Origin: Turneriella sp.
GTDB taxonomy: Bacteria > Spirochaetota > Leptospiria > Turneriellales > Turneriellaceae
DNA: 64,000 nt
Assembly: GCA_965279515.1 (NCBI GenBank)
Contig: CBDIID010000003.1
Coordinates: 3,936,001-4,000,000 of the forward strand
Direction: 5' to 3'
Shown here: piece by piece, positions 10,520 through 19,295 of the stretch
Position numbering within the stretch: the first letter of the stretch is position 1
Layout: each line of letters begins with the position of its first letter
The notes under the pieces: generated by a model
The model's database searches: none
The model's input: only the letters and a program-made list of their open reading frames with translations
Told to the model about the DNA's origin: nothing
Made by a program: the position numbers and the translations under genes

Positions 10520-11431
10520 CTATCCGGGCTTGAGGCAGAGGAAAACAACTTGTTTTGCCTGGGATTCTTCTTTTTTTGAAACCCCGCTGAAAACTTTCGG
10601 GTCCTTACTATCACGGACCAGGAACTTTGTATAGGCACCGCCTGTTTGCGAAGTGAGTATCTTTTCAACCATAGTTATGGAATACGGCTTAAGGCAATCC
10701 GGATTTTTCCAGAATTCATCGAAAAATATATCAGGGTTTCTCAAATTGGGTACCTGCAAATACAGTGCGCCTCCGGCATTGAGCAAGGTCACGGCTAAAA
10801 TGAGCAGTTCGACTTGTTCGCGAGGGGTCAAAGTTTCAAAAACTCCGATACAGGATATCAAATCAAATTTCTGAGCAGATAGAACCTTTAGTGCGGTTAG
10901 GGGGGTGCTCACAATTTTTTCTTCAACTTCATCAGGAAAAGTTTCATGTGGAGAAACTGCTACACTTTCCCTTAGATGGGGTAACTTTGTTTTCAGTAAT
11001 GTAAGGTCAGGGGAGTTTTCAGCTGATAAATGGAGTATTCGCTTTATCGGAATTCTATTTTTCTTCAGGTATGCTGAAGTGATACGACTAAAATTGCGCC
11101 CTATGATCTGGCGTCGAATTATTCTGGTATCGCTTTCTTCTTTGCGAAAATACTCCGAGGCAATTTTGTCTGTGCCTAGACTGGGGTTCTGCAGTTGAGT
11201 AACAATAAATTTATCATTCCTGGGAGCCCCATACAAAAGCATATTTGCCTTAGCTTCAAGTGTTGACATTCGGGCATAAATTCTACGGTTGAAGTCAATC
11301 TCTTCGATCCCGGAAGCTGTTCGTTTTTTGTCCTCCACTCGGGTAAGAATCGGTTTAATGCGTGTTTTCAGAAACACCCAAAGCCTTTCAGGCATTATTA
11401 TGGGACCGATTTTTTTGATTATTTTTTTCAC
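10520..11431 (-). CDS. Class I methyltransferase-fold protein with degenerate motifs
   Basis: FDLISCIGVFETL, LLNAGGALYLQVPN and FWKNPDCLKPY match glycan-locus methyltransferases. The expected GxGxG position reads HLSAENS. Confidence 0.55.
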   Translation of the reverse strand: MKKIIKKIGPIIMPERLWVFLKTRIKPILTRVEDKKRTASGIEEIDFNRRIYARMSTLEAKANMLLYGAPRNDKFIVTQLQNPSLGTDKIASEYFRKEESDTRIIRRQIIGRNFSRITSAYLKKNRIPIKRILHLSAENSPDLTLLKTKLPHLRESVAVSPHETFPDEVEEKIVSTPLTALKVLSAQKFDLISCIGVFETLTPREQVELLILAVTLLNAGGALYLQVPNLRNPDIFFDEFWKNPDCLKPYSITMVEKILTSQTGGAYTKFLVRDSKDPKVFSGVSKKEESQAKQVVFLCLKPG

Positions 11432-11471
11432 ATTCAGGTTCCTGTAAGAAAACTCTCTCAGAGCATAATTT

Positions 11472-12656
11472 CTATTGGCATAACTCCGTTAAAATAGCTT
11501 TTGCATATTTTTCCCAGCCATTTGTGTTTTGCTCAAAGTTGGGAGCAATTAACCTTCTACTGGGATTCAAAAAAATCTGTCTTATGCCTGCGGCAACAGA
11601 CCAAGAGTCGGCCGGATTAACGAACACGCCTTCCAGGGAGCATGCTTCAGGCAGGCTTGAGCCGATGTGTGTTAGTACTGGGACTCCCATGGCATGGGCT
11701 TGAGCCAGTGGCAAACCAAGCCCTTCGTAAATCGAGAGCATAGCAACACAGCCTGAGTAGTGCATTAACGAGGCCAAGTCAGAATCAGGGACATATCCTG
11801 GAAGAATAATATCGTTTTTCAGGGTTGATTCGTTAATACGGAGAAAAATATCCGAATTAAGCCACCCCGTGCCGCCTACGAGCAAGAGCTTTATAGTGCT
11901 TTCGGGAAATTTTTTTCGAAAAAGCTCCCAACCTTCGATGAGACGAATGATATTTTTTCGTGGTTCAAGGGATCCTGCTGCTAAAATATACTGCATTGGA
12001 ATTAGTTTTAAAGCCAGTAGTGCTTCTTCTGAAACTGCGCCTGCATCTAATTCTGCAGGGATTTTCAGATATGAAATCTTTCCTTTCTGCTGATCCCCGT
12101 AGTAGTCATGCAGATCGATTGCTGTGCTGCGGGATATGCAGATCATTTTTTCCATATATCTCCCCATTGGTTGCAGATAATTTTCACGATACCAGAGGCT
12201 AAATTCGGGGATAAAAAATTCGGGAAAGTAATGCGCGATGAGATCATAAATTACGGCGCTCAAAGCGGTTTTTTTAGGATTTACCTGCCCTGACCTTATC
12301 AGGTACGATAAATCGAGAATGGACTGAAAGTGTACCTGATATGCATTTTTTGTCAACTGCATCGAAAATTTTTCCTTTACATAATATCCTTTTGACTTGA
12401 GGTTATAACCCCAAATATCTTCAGAGTTAAGGCCAAGAGCTTCCTCCACTTGGGCTAGAATACACGCCGAATTTGTTTCAAGGCCCCAAATCTTGAAGCG
12501 CGGGTGTAGAATAATCTCATAATCCGGAAACTGTGGCCTCAGTTTTATAAAATTTTGAATGATCCGAAAATTGTATTCCTGAATGCCGGTTTTCAGCCAA
12601 CGATAAGCGTCAGTCGATAAATTGGAGACATCGACGATGAGTCTGCGTTTGGTCAT
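11472..12656 (-). CDS. GT4 glycosyltransferase (MtfB/WbdB-like mannosyltransferase family)
   Basis: TGIQEY, IYDL, GSLEPRKNI, GGTGW and YEGLGLP. Confidence 0.85.
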   Translation of the reverse strand: MTKRRLIVDVSNLSTDAYRWLKTGIQEYNFRIIQNFIKLRPQFPDYEIILHPRFKIWGLETNSACILAQVEEALGLNSEDIWGYNLKSKGYYVKEKFSMQLTKNAYQVHFQSILDLSYLIRSGQVNPKKTALSAVIYDLIAHYFPEFFIPEFSLWYRENYLQPMGRYMEKMICISRSTAIDLHDYYGDQQKGKISYLKIPAELDAGAVSEEALLALKLIPMQYILAAGSLEPRKNIIRLIEGWELFRKKFPESTIKLLLVGGTGWLNSDIFLRINESTLKNDIILPGYVPDSDLASLMHYSGCVAMLSIYEGLGLPLAQAHAMGVPVLTHIGSSLPEACSLEGVFVNPADSWSVAAGIRQIFLNPSRRLIAPNFEQNTNGWEKYAKAILTELCQ

Positions 12657-12736
12657 CCGTTTTCCCGGAAAAATCGATTGAACAACGGTTCAAATCAATT
12701 TACGTCCCACGCCAGCAATCGATTTCAACCGGAGAC

Positions 12737-14113
12737 ATGTCTTCACTCCAAAAAGTCATCTGTCTCGGCGCCGGTTATGTTGGTGGGCCCACGATGGCTA
12801 TTATGGCCTCACATAATCCGGAAGTGCAATTTTTTGTGACTGATCAGAACGCCGAACGCATCGTCGCGTGGAATACTGAAAAACTGCCAGTTTTTGAACC
12901 TGGGCTCGGCGACATTGTACGCAAAATCCGTGGCAAGAATCTCTTTTTTAAAGTCATCACTCCCGAACTTTTGGCTGAGGCCGACATTGTCTTCGTCTGC
13001 GTCGGTACCCCCACCAAAGAATACGGCGAAGGCAAGGGCATGGCTGCCGACATGCAGTTCACCGAACTGGCCGTCCGCGATATTGAAAAATACTGCAAAA
13101 CCGGGACGATCATCGTCGAGAAGAGTACGGTACCCGTAAAAACGGCCGAGGCGATACTGAACATCGTCAATACGCAGGGGAGCGCGAAGCGCTTCGAAGT
13201 ACTTTCCAACCCCGAATTCCTCGCCGAGGGCACTGCGATACGCGACCTCGAAAACCCTGACCGCGTGCTCATTGGCCATGCGGAAACCGAATCGGGTCGC
13301 TCCGCAGCACAAACAGTCAAGGAACTCTATACAGCGTGGGTCAAACCCGAGCGGGTACTGCTGACAAATGTCTGGTCCAGTGAGCTCTCAAAACTGGTGG
13401 CTAACGCATTTCTGGCGCAGCGGGTTTCGTCGATTAACAGTATCTCGGCCCTGTGTGAGAAAACAAACGCTTCAGTAAAACAAATCAGCCGGGCGATCGG
13501 AGCGGACCAGCGGATCGGTTCGCGCTTTATCGAGGCAAGCGTGGGCTTTGGCGGATCTTGTTTCAAAAAGGATATCCTCAATCTGGTTTATATCTGCCGT
13601 CAGCAGGGACTCCTCGAAGTAGCCAATTACTGGCAGGCGGTCATTGATATGAACGACTACCAGACACGCCGGTTTGTCAGCCAGATCATTGAAACACAGT
13701 TCAACAGCGTTGCCGGTAAAAAAATTGCCATATTGGGTTTTGCCTTTAAGCCCGACACGAACGACACGCGCGAATCACCGGCAATCTATGTCTGCAAACG
13801 TCTGATCGAGGAGAAGGCGAAGCTCTTTATCCACGATCCGCAGGCGCTCGACCATGCCAAAATTGACCTCAAGGGCATTGATGCAACGGTAACCTACACA
13901 GATCAAATTGAAGAAGCTATCGAGGGGGCGCACGCCCTCGTCATTCTCACACAATGGCAGCAATATGCGGATCTCGACTATACAAAAATATTCCACAGAA
14001 TGCAGAAGCCGGCCTTTATCTTTGACGGACGTTCTATCATCGATGCGCAGGCGCTTCATAAGATTGGTTTTAATGTAACCCAGATTGGTATTGCTCCATT
14101 GACGTACTTCTAG
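12737..14113 (+). CDS. ugd: UDP-glucose 6-dehydrogenase
   Basis: GAGYVGGPT, VEKSTVPV, NPEFLAEG, GFGGSCFKKD and FKPDTNDTRE. Confidence 0.95.
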   Translation: MSSLQKVICLGAGYVGGPTMAIMASHNPEVQFFVTDQNAERIVAWNTEKLPVFEPGLGDIVRKIRGKNLFFKVITPELLAEADIVFVCVGTPTKEYGEGKGMAADMQFTELAVRDIEKYCKTGTIIVEKSTVPVKTAEAILNIVNTQGSAKRFEVLSNPEFLAEGTAIRDLENPDRVLIGHAETESGRSAAQTVKELYTAWVKPERVLLTNVWSSELSKLVANAFLAQRVSSINSISALCEKTNASVKQISRAIGADQRIGSRFIEASVGFGGSCFKKDILNLVYICRQQGLLEVANYWQAVIDMNDYQTRRFVSQIIETQFNSVAGKKIAILGFAFKPDTNDTRESPAIYVCKRLIEEKAKLFIHDPQALDHAKIDLKGIDATVTYTDQIEEAIEGAHALVILTQWQQYADLDYTKIFHRMQKPAFIFDGRSIIDAQALHKIGFNVTQIGIAPLTYF

Positions 14114-14176
14114 TATTGCCAGACGGGCCGACACCTTTGGCCCAAGTGCTATAAATCCAGATTTTTTGTTTTTTTA

Positions 14177-14257
14177 TTGCCACCCGGGGCGTCTAACTGT
14201 ATTATGTCACATAGACTGAACAGAAAGACTACAGGTTTTTCAAACAGGCGTCGACAT
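14177..14257 (+). promoter_or_regulatory. Tandem sigma70-like and sigma28-like promoters
   Basis: TTGCCA-N17-TATTAT (14177-14205) behind a T-tract. ACAGGTTT-N11-GTCGACAT (14231-14257) has the same -10 octamer as the flaB promoter. Confidence 0.55.
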
Positions 14258-14347
14258 TTAAAGATGGCTGGGCCGCAAGGTCTGGCAGGGGCGAATCTGA
14301 AAGGATTCGCCCGGGGTGGTTTTCGAACGGGTGTCTCTGCGGAGACT

Positions 14348-14608
14348 ATGAAAATAACAACCACAAACACCCGGTCGGTCGTAACAGCGATTTCAGGCAG
14401 CTCGCAGAGGGGCGCCTGGGAATACCAGCGAAAGCCCAGTGTCTTTCGAGCGGTTTACCGCCCGAAAGACTTGGTTGCTCCTAAAGGGCAAAGTTTTCGC
14501 GACATTCTTGAAAGAGAATTGGGAAGTGGAAAGGTAGCAGGGCAGGGTAACACCGGGTCTGATGCCGAAACAACTCAGGTTCTCGCAGGATTCTGGGGGG
14601 TGGCGTAA
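14348..14608 (+). CDS. Small hypothetical protein (86 aa)
   Basis: GGAG Shine-Dalgarno (SD) sequence before ATG 14348. MKITTTNT...QSFRDILERELG. Overlaps the convergent gene by 34 bp. Confidence 0.5.
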   Translation: MKITTTNTRSVVTAISGSSQRGAWEYQRKPSVFRAVYRPKDLVAPKGQSFRDILERELGSGKVAGQGNTGSDAETTQVLAGFWGVA

Positions 14609-15126
14609 TAGCGCCCCCCAACTAATCCTGTCAGTATCCAAAAAAAAGTAACCAGCTGAAAAACGTAAAAGCTCCACGCAAAAGTGGCTTCTTTCGTTGC
14701 GGCAATGCGGTAGGGATTCACCCAGTTCCAAAGTGCGAACAGCGCGACGATGGCAAGGCCCACGTAGCGGTACACCGGCCCGCGCTTGAGCAGCTTCGGT
14801 TCACGGGGCATCAGAAACCAGAACAGAGATATCGCCGCGAGTAGGCATCCCACTAAGATTAAGGCAAAGTCATCGCTGTAGATGCCATGCTTGCGTGCGG
14901 CATCGTCGCCGAATTGAATGCGGTAACTGCGCCAGGGCAAGAAGGTGAAGATGATCACCACGCCGGTTAAGAGTGCAAAGGTGCGCTCGGCGAGGGGGAT
15001 AGACATAAAGCGGGACCAGCGGCTACTAAAAAAATCGGCCGCAATGCGGCCGATTTCAGCGAATACCCCGGCATAGAGCACGAGGTAACCCGTAATAGCG
15101 GAAATGAATTTTTTGAACAAACTCAT
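14575..15126 (-). CDS. Hypothetical membrane protein
   Basis: About 4-5 hydrophobic segments. ATGA-coupled to the upstream acyl-CoA dehydrogenase. Confidence 0.7.
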   Translation of the reverse strand: MSLFKKFISAITGYLVLYAGVFAEIGRIAADFFSSRWSRFMSIPLAERTFALLTGVVIIFTFLPWRSYRIQFGDDAARKHGIYSDDFALILVGCLLAAISLFWFLMPREPKLLKRGPVYRYVGLAIVALFALWNWVNPYRIAATKEATFAWSFYVFQLVTFFWILTGLVGGRYYATPQNPART

Positions 15127-16304
15127 TTCATACTGGCTGAGTCTTTAATCACGTACGAACCGATCTCATTTTTCTGGATCTGGCTGGTACCTTCGTAGAT
15201 CGTGAGAATTTTCGCGTCGCGGTACATCTTCTCAATCGGATAGTCTTTGGTGAAACCATAGCCGCCGTGCAGCTGCAGCGCGTCATTGCAGATCGAAACT
15301 GCGGCTTCAGACGACATGAGTTTTGCCATTGCTGAGTAGCGCGCCGATTCAGGGTGGCCGTTCAGCGAGTATTTCGCTGCGCGGTAAGCGAGAAGGCGCG
15401 CCGCTTCGATCTTGGTTGTCATATCGGCGAGCATGTGCTGCACTGCCTGGAAGTTGATGATCTTTTTGCCGAACTGCTCGCGCTGGCGCGCGTATTTTAC
15501 CGCTTCTTTATAAGCGCCCTGTGAGAGGCCTGTACCCATCGTGGCGATGAACGGGCGTGAAGAGATCAGAGTTTTGATCGCGTGGATAAAGCCTGCGTTG
15601 GGTTTGAGTCCCACGAGGTTTTCAGCCGGCACTTCCATATCTTCCATGATGACCTGGCGAGTATGCGAGCAGCGGATACCCATCTTTTGTTCGAGCTTGC
15701 CGAAGCTGAGGCCCTTGGTGTCTTTTTCGACGATAAAGCATGAGATACCGCGCGGGCCCTTGGTCTTATCGGTGATCGCAAAAATCGTGTAGATATCGGC
15801 CTGGCCGGCATTGGTAATCCACTGCTTGGTGCCGTTCAGGATGTACTTGTCGCCTTTTTTCTCGGCGTAAGTTTTCAGGGCAGGTACGTCTGAACCTGCG
15901 CCTGGTTCGGTGAGCGCAAAGGCAGCGATTTTCTGACCGCTGGCGATGAGCGGCAGGTATTTCATTTTTTGTTCTTCAGTGCCGCCGTGTTCGATCGGAA
16001 GGGCACCGAGTTTCATGGCGCCGGCGCTGGTGGCAACGCCGAGGCAATACTCGCTCATGACTTCGATGGCGAGTACGGTTAAGAAAGAGGATAAGCCGAG
16101 GCCGCCGTATTTTTCTTCGAACATGATGCCGAAGAGGCCCGCCTCTGCGAATTTTTTAAAGATTTCATGGGGGAACTTCTCGTGCTCATCCATTTCAGCG
16201 CGGCGGGGAACGATTTCGTTCTTGCAGAGCTCGTGCGCCATATCGAGCATCTCTTGCATCTCATCGGTGATGCTAAAATCCAACAGTCCTTCGTATTGTG
16301 CCAT
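15123..16304 (-). CDS. Acyl-CoA dehydrogenase
   Basis: FALTEPGAGSD, GTKQWITN, REQFGKKI, LHGGYGF and IYEGTSQIQ. SD AGAGG before ATG 16304. Confidence 0.95.
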   Translation of the reverse strand: MAQYEGLLDFSITDEMQEMLDMAHELCKNEIVPRRAEMDEHEKFPHEIFKKFAEAGLFGIMFEEKYGGLGLSSFLTVLAIEVMSEYCLGVATSAGAMKLGALPIEHGGTEEQKMKYLPLIASGQKIAAFALTEPGAGSDVPALKTYAEKKGDKYILNGTKQWITNAGQADIYTIFAITDKTKGPRGISCFIVEKDTKGLSFGKLEQKMGIRCSHTRQVIMEDMEVPAENLVGLKPNAGFIHAIKTLISSRPFIATMGTGLSQGAYKEAVKYARQREQFGKKIINFQAVQHMLADMTTKIEAARLLAYRAAKYSLNGHPESARYSAMAKLMSSEAAVSICNDALQLHGGYGFTKDYPIEKMYRDAKILTIYEGTSQIQKNEIGSYVIKDSASMK

Positions 16305-16405
16305 ATTTTCCTCTCTGTTTATGGGGTTTGAAAAGCGATTCGACAGATTTCCTTTTTTAGTCAGTCGGACAAGTCGAAATGAACCGGTGTTCATTATTGG
16401 TTTAA

Positions 16406-16439
16406 GCCCCTGACCCCAGCCCCAGACTTGGGGAGGGGC
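16406..16439. repeat. GC-rich imperfect palindrome (REP-like)
   Basis: GCCCCTGACCCCAG...TGGGGAGGGGC. Confidence 0.45.
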
Positions 16440-16448
16440 GATAATTTC

Positions 16449-16489
16449 TTGACATCATGATAACAATTTTATAAATTATGTTATCATGA
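16449..16489 (+). promoter_or_regulatory. vapBC promoter with inverted-repeat operator
   Basis: TTGACA-N17-TAAATT. TCATGATAACA-N13-TGTTATCATGA overlaps the -10 and the ATG. Confidence 0.75.
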
Positions 16490-16710
16490 CGCGTACACAG
16501 ATCAGCCTCGAAAAAGAAGAAATGGAAATCGCGCAGGTGACGGCTAAATCATACGGCATCTCGCTCGCCGAAATGATGCGCAGGGCTATCCGCAAAGAGT
16601 TTTCGCCCGACCAGGGCAAACCCTGGATGAAATACTGCGGCAGCATCAGTTCGGGTGGTGCGGTAACATCTGCCGAGGTTGACGAGCTTGTCTATGGCCG
16701 AAAAGACTGA
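16486..16710 (+). CDS. vapB: Ribbon-helix-helix (CopG-like) antitoxin
   Basis: MTRTQISL...GISLAEMMRRAI, ending VDELVYG. Overlaps the PIN gene. Confidence 0.8.
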   Translation: MTRTQISLEKEEMEIAQVTAKSYGISLAEMMRRAIRKEFSPDQGKPWMKYCGSISSGGAVTSAEVDELVYGRKD

Positions 16711-17122
16711 CAGATTGCCTGGCCATATTGAAGCTTATGTCGACTCAGGGGCATTCATTGCCTTCTTTGATAAGAGCGACACCTGGCACCCGCTGTTTGC
16801 CGGGCTCTTTGCCCGCACCAAGGGCCTCATCACGACGCCGCTCGTCATCGCCGAAACCCATGGCTGGTTCGTGCGCCGCTTTGATAGCTACCGCGGCCTT
16901 GAATTTCTGACATTCATAGAAACACTGCGGATTTTGACTGTGCTGTCAACGGACACCGAAATGCTCACAGCAGCGACGGCTTTACTGCGCAAGTTTTCCG
17001 ATCAAAAGTTAACGCTCGCCGACGCATGTGGCCTCCACCTTTTAAAGAAGCATTCGAAGCTTAAGAACTGGTCTACCGACCGGCATCTGACCTTGACTGG
17101 CAGAAAGCTTGTAATCGATTGA
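16694..17122 (+). CDS. vapC: PIN-domain toxin
   Basis: YVDSGAFIA, VIAET, LTLADAC and STDRH: acidic PIN motifs. Confidence 0.85.
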   Translation: MAEKTDRLPGHIEAYVDSGAFIAFFDKSDTWHPLFAGLFARTKGLITTPLVIAETHGWFVRRFDSYRGLEFLTFIETLRILTVLSTDTEMLTAATALLRKFSDQKLTLADACGLHLLKKHSKLKNWSTDRHLTLTGRKLVID

Positions 17123-17167
17123 TTTGTCGTGCACTAAGGTAAGGCTTCGTCGCAGCAAGACGTAAAT

Positions 17168-17193
17168 CTCACCCTGAGCTTGTCGAAGGGTGA
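17168..17193. repeat. REP-like palindrome TCACCCTGAGCTTGTCGAAGGGTGA
   Basis: Hairpin carrying the widely dispersed CCTGAGCTTGTCGAAGG core. Confidence 0.6.
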
Positions 17194-17298
17194 CGGCTAG
17201 GAAAAATCTAAAAAATATTTGACGCCTTGTTCAAGTTTGACTATTTTTCAAAAGTTGACGGGTTGTTCATATATGACATCCCTGTCAGGAGACCAAAA

Positions 17299-18165
17299 AT
17301 GTTAAACGAAAAACAGATGCGCCAGACGCCGACAAAACGCTCAGAACAGATTCTCGTGCGCAAGCCGCAGTGGACTTTTAAGGACCTCGTCGGGCAAAAG
17401 CCGCGGTCTGATTTCGGCCGCATGATGTTCGGCGCGATGAGCCTGGTTTTTCCCGAGGGCGAGCGCTTTTTTATCCGCGCCGTGAAACATTTCGCAGGGC
17501 AGATTAAAGACGAAAACCTTGCGCAGGATGTCAAAAATTTCATCGGCCAGGAAGCCCAACATGGCAAATTACACGAAACCTTCAATAAGGCTGTGCTCGG
17601 CCACGAATATGACATCGAACCCTTTTTGAAATGGTATAAATCCACGATGTTTGATTTTGTCGAAGAAAAAGCGACGCAGTTGCTCGGCAAAGAACTCGCT
17701 CTTTCGGTCACGGCCGCTGCTGAGCATTTTACCGCCACCTGGGCCGCGCATGGCTTGAGCTCAGGCTACCTCGAAGAGCATATCAAGAGCCAGGAACTGC
17801 TCGACTTCATGCAATGGCATGCCGTCGAAGAGATTGAGCACAAACATGTCGCCTTCGATGTGCTGCAGGAAATCAATGACGCTTATCTACTGCGCGTAGC
17901 GGGGATGCTCTTCTGCGCCGTGCTGTTGCCGTTCGTGATTTCAGCGGCATTCGTTTCCCTCGCGGCGCAGGCAAAGAATCTTGATATCTTGGCATTTTTC
18001 GGAGACGGTTTTGCTGAGGGCAAAAACGGCAGCATCATATCCTCGTTTTTGCCGGCGATTGTCGAATACCTGAAACCGGGGTTCCATCCCTCTGACCACG
18101 ACGACTATGCGCTGGCGCGCGGCGTGGCCGGGCGCATTGAAGCGCGCATGAAACAAGTTGCGTAA
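17299..18165 (+). CDS. Ferritin-like diiron protein (predicted metal-dependent hydrolase family)
   Basis: FPEGERFFI, GQEAQH, AAAEHFTA, WHAVEEIEHKHVAFDV and PGFHP. SD AGGAG. Confidence 0.85.
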   Translation: MLNEKQMRQTPTKRSEQILVRKPQWTFKDLVGQKPRSDFGRMMFGAMSLVFPEGERFFIRAVKHFAGQIKDENLAQDVKNFIGQEAQHGKLHETFNKAVLGHEYDIEPFLKWYKSTMFDFVEEKATQLLGKELALSVTAAAEHFTATWAAHGLSSGYLEEHIKSQELLDFMQWHAVEEIEHKHVAFDVLQEINDAYLLRVAGMLFCAVLLPFVISAAFVSLAAQAKNLDILAFFGDGFAEGKNGSIISSFLPAIVEYLKPGFHPSDHDDYALARGVAGRIEARMKQVA

Positions 18166-18175
18166 GGAGATCAAA

Positions 18176-19288
18176 ATGCCCACAAGACTACCTGTGCAAA
18201 CACCGGCGAATCGTGGATTCGCCTTAAATCCGGCCGAGCGCGTTGTGCGCATCAGCCGCTCGATCCGCATGTCAGACCGCTACCTGCGCCGGCATCACAC
18301 CATTCTCAATCGCCAGGATTTCCTGGGCTTTTCGATCTGGCTGGGCTCGATCGCTGGCATGATCGGCATGGCCGTACTGTACTTCTTCGGCCTTGTGCCG
18401 GCGTGGCCCGTGATTATCGTCAATGCGATTCTCGCTTCTTTGCTGCACGAACTTGAACACGATCTCATCCACAGTCTCTACTTCCGCGAAACGTGGATAG
18501 AGAAGATGATGATGTGGGGCGTGTGGATTTTCCGCCTCAATACACCAAGCCCGTTTTACCGTAAAAAAATCCACCTGCTGCACCACAAAGATTCCGGCCA
18601 GATGTCTGACATTGAAGAGCAGATGATCGGCAATGGTATGAAATGGGGCCTGAAGCGGATTATCACGATGCTCGACCAGGGGTTGGCGTTTCTCATCAAT
18701 GCTCACCGTGTAAAAAAGACTGCGCCTAAACTCAGCATGCTTGAAATGGCGAAGGCTGCATTTCCGTTTACGTATATGTATCAGGCAACTTCGCTCGTCT
18801 TCATCATCGGCAACCTCTATCTGCTACTCACGCCGCTTTTTAATCCCGCCTTTGCCGCATTCGCATGGTTTGTACAGGTGATGACCGTCGTGAATTTTCT
18901 CGCGGTGGTGATCGGTCTGCCGAATTTTATCCGCCAGGGCTCGCTGCAGATTATCTCGTCGAGCATGCACTATTTTGGCGATGTGAACCCCGATGCGAGT
19001 GTGGGCTTGCTCGAGCAGTGCCAGGTAATGACAGCGCGCTCATGGTACATGCTGCCATTCCAGCTGTTTTGCTTTAACTTTGGCAGCACGCATGGCATTC
19101 ACCACTTCATCGTCAACCAGCCGTTCTACCTGCGGCAGATCGGTGCGTCATATTCGCATGCGGCCATGAGAAAATACGGCGTGCGTTTCGATGATCACGG
19201 TAGCTTTGCGCGCGCGAACCGTTACCACCTCACCCCCCGACCCCCTCTCCACAATGTGGAGAGGGGGAGCGCTCTGGCGCGGGGGTGA
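18176..19288 (+). CDS. Membrane fatty-acid desaturase-like protein, UndB-type
   Basis: His boxes HELEHDLIH, HLLHH and HGIHH, plus SSSMHYFGDV and FCFNFGSTHGIHHF. SD AAGGAG. Confidence 0.8.
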   Translation: MPTRLPVQTPANRGFALNPAERVVRISRSIRMSDRYLRRHHTILNRQDFLGFSIWLGSIAGMIGMAVLYFFGLVPAWPVIIVNAILASLLHELEHDLIHSLYFRETWIEKMMMWGVWIFRLNTPSPFYRKKIHLLHHKDSGQMSDIEEQMIGNGMKWGLKRIITMLDQGLAFLINAHRVKKTAPKLSMLEMAKAAFPFTYMYQATSLVFIIGNLYLLLTPLFNPAFAAFAWFVQVMTVVNFLAVVIGLPNFIRQGSLQIISSSMHYFGDVNPDASVGLLEQCQVMTARSWYMLPFQLFCFNFGSTHGIHHFIVNQPFYLRQIGASYSHAAMRKYGVRFDDHGSFARANRYHLTPRPPLHNVERGSALARG

Positions 19289-19290
19289 GG
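19228..19290. repeat. Nested palindromic REP-like element inside the desaturase 3' end
   Basis: CCTCACCCCCCG-A-CCCCCTCTCCACA-A-TGTGGAGAGGGGG...CGGGGGTGAGG. Confidence 0.7.
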
Positions 19291-19295
19291 TGGTT

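Noticed and set aside
14260..14345. c-di-GMP riboswitch or tRNA
   Set aside because: It has a GAAA-capped stem but lacks the GEMM core sequence and a tRNA cloverleaf. Kept only as an unclassified structured leader.
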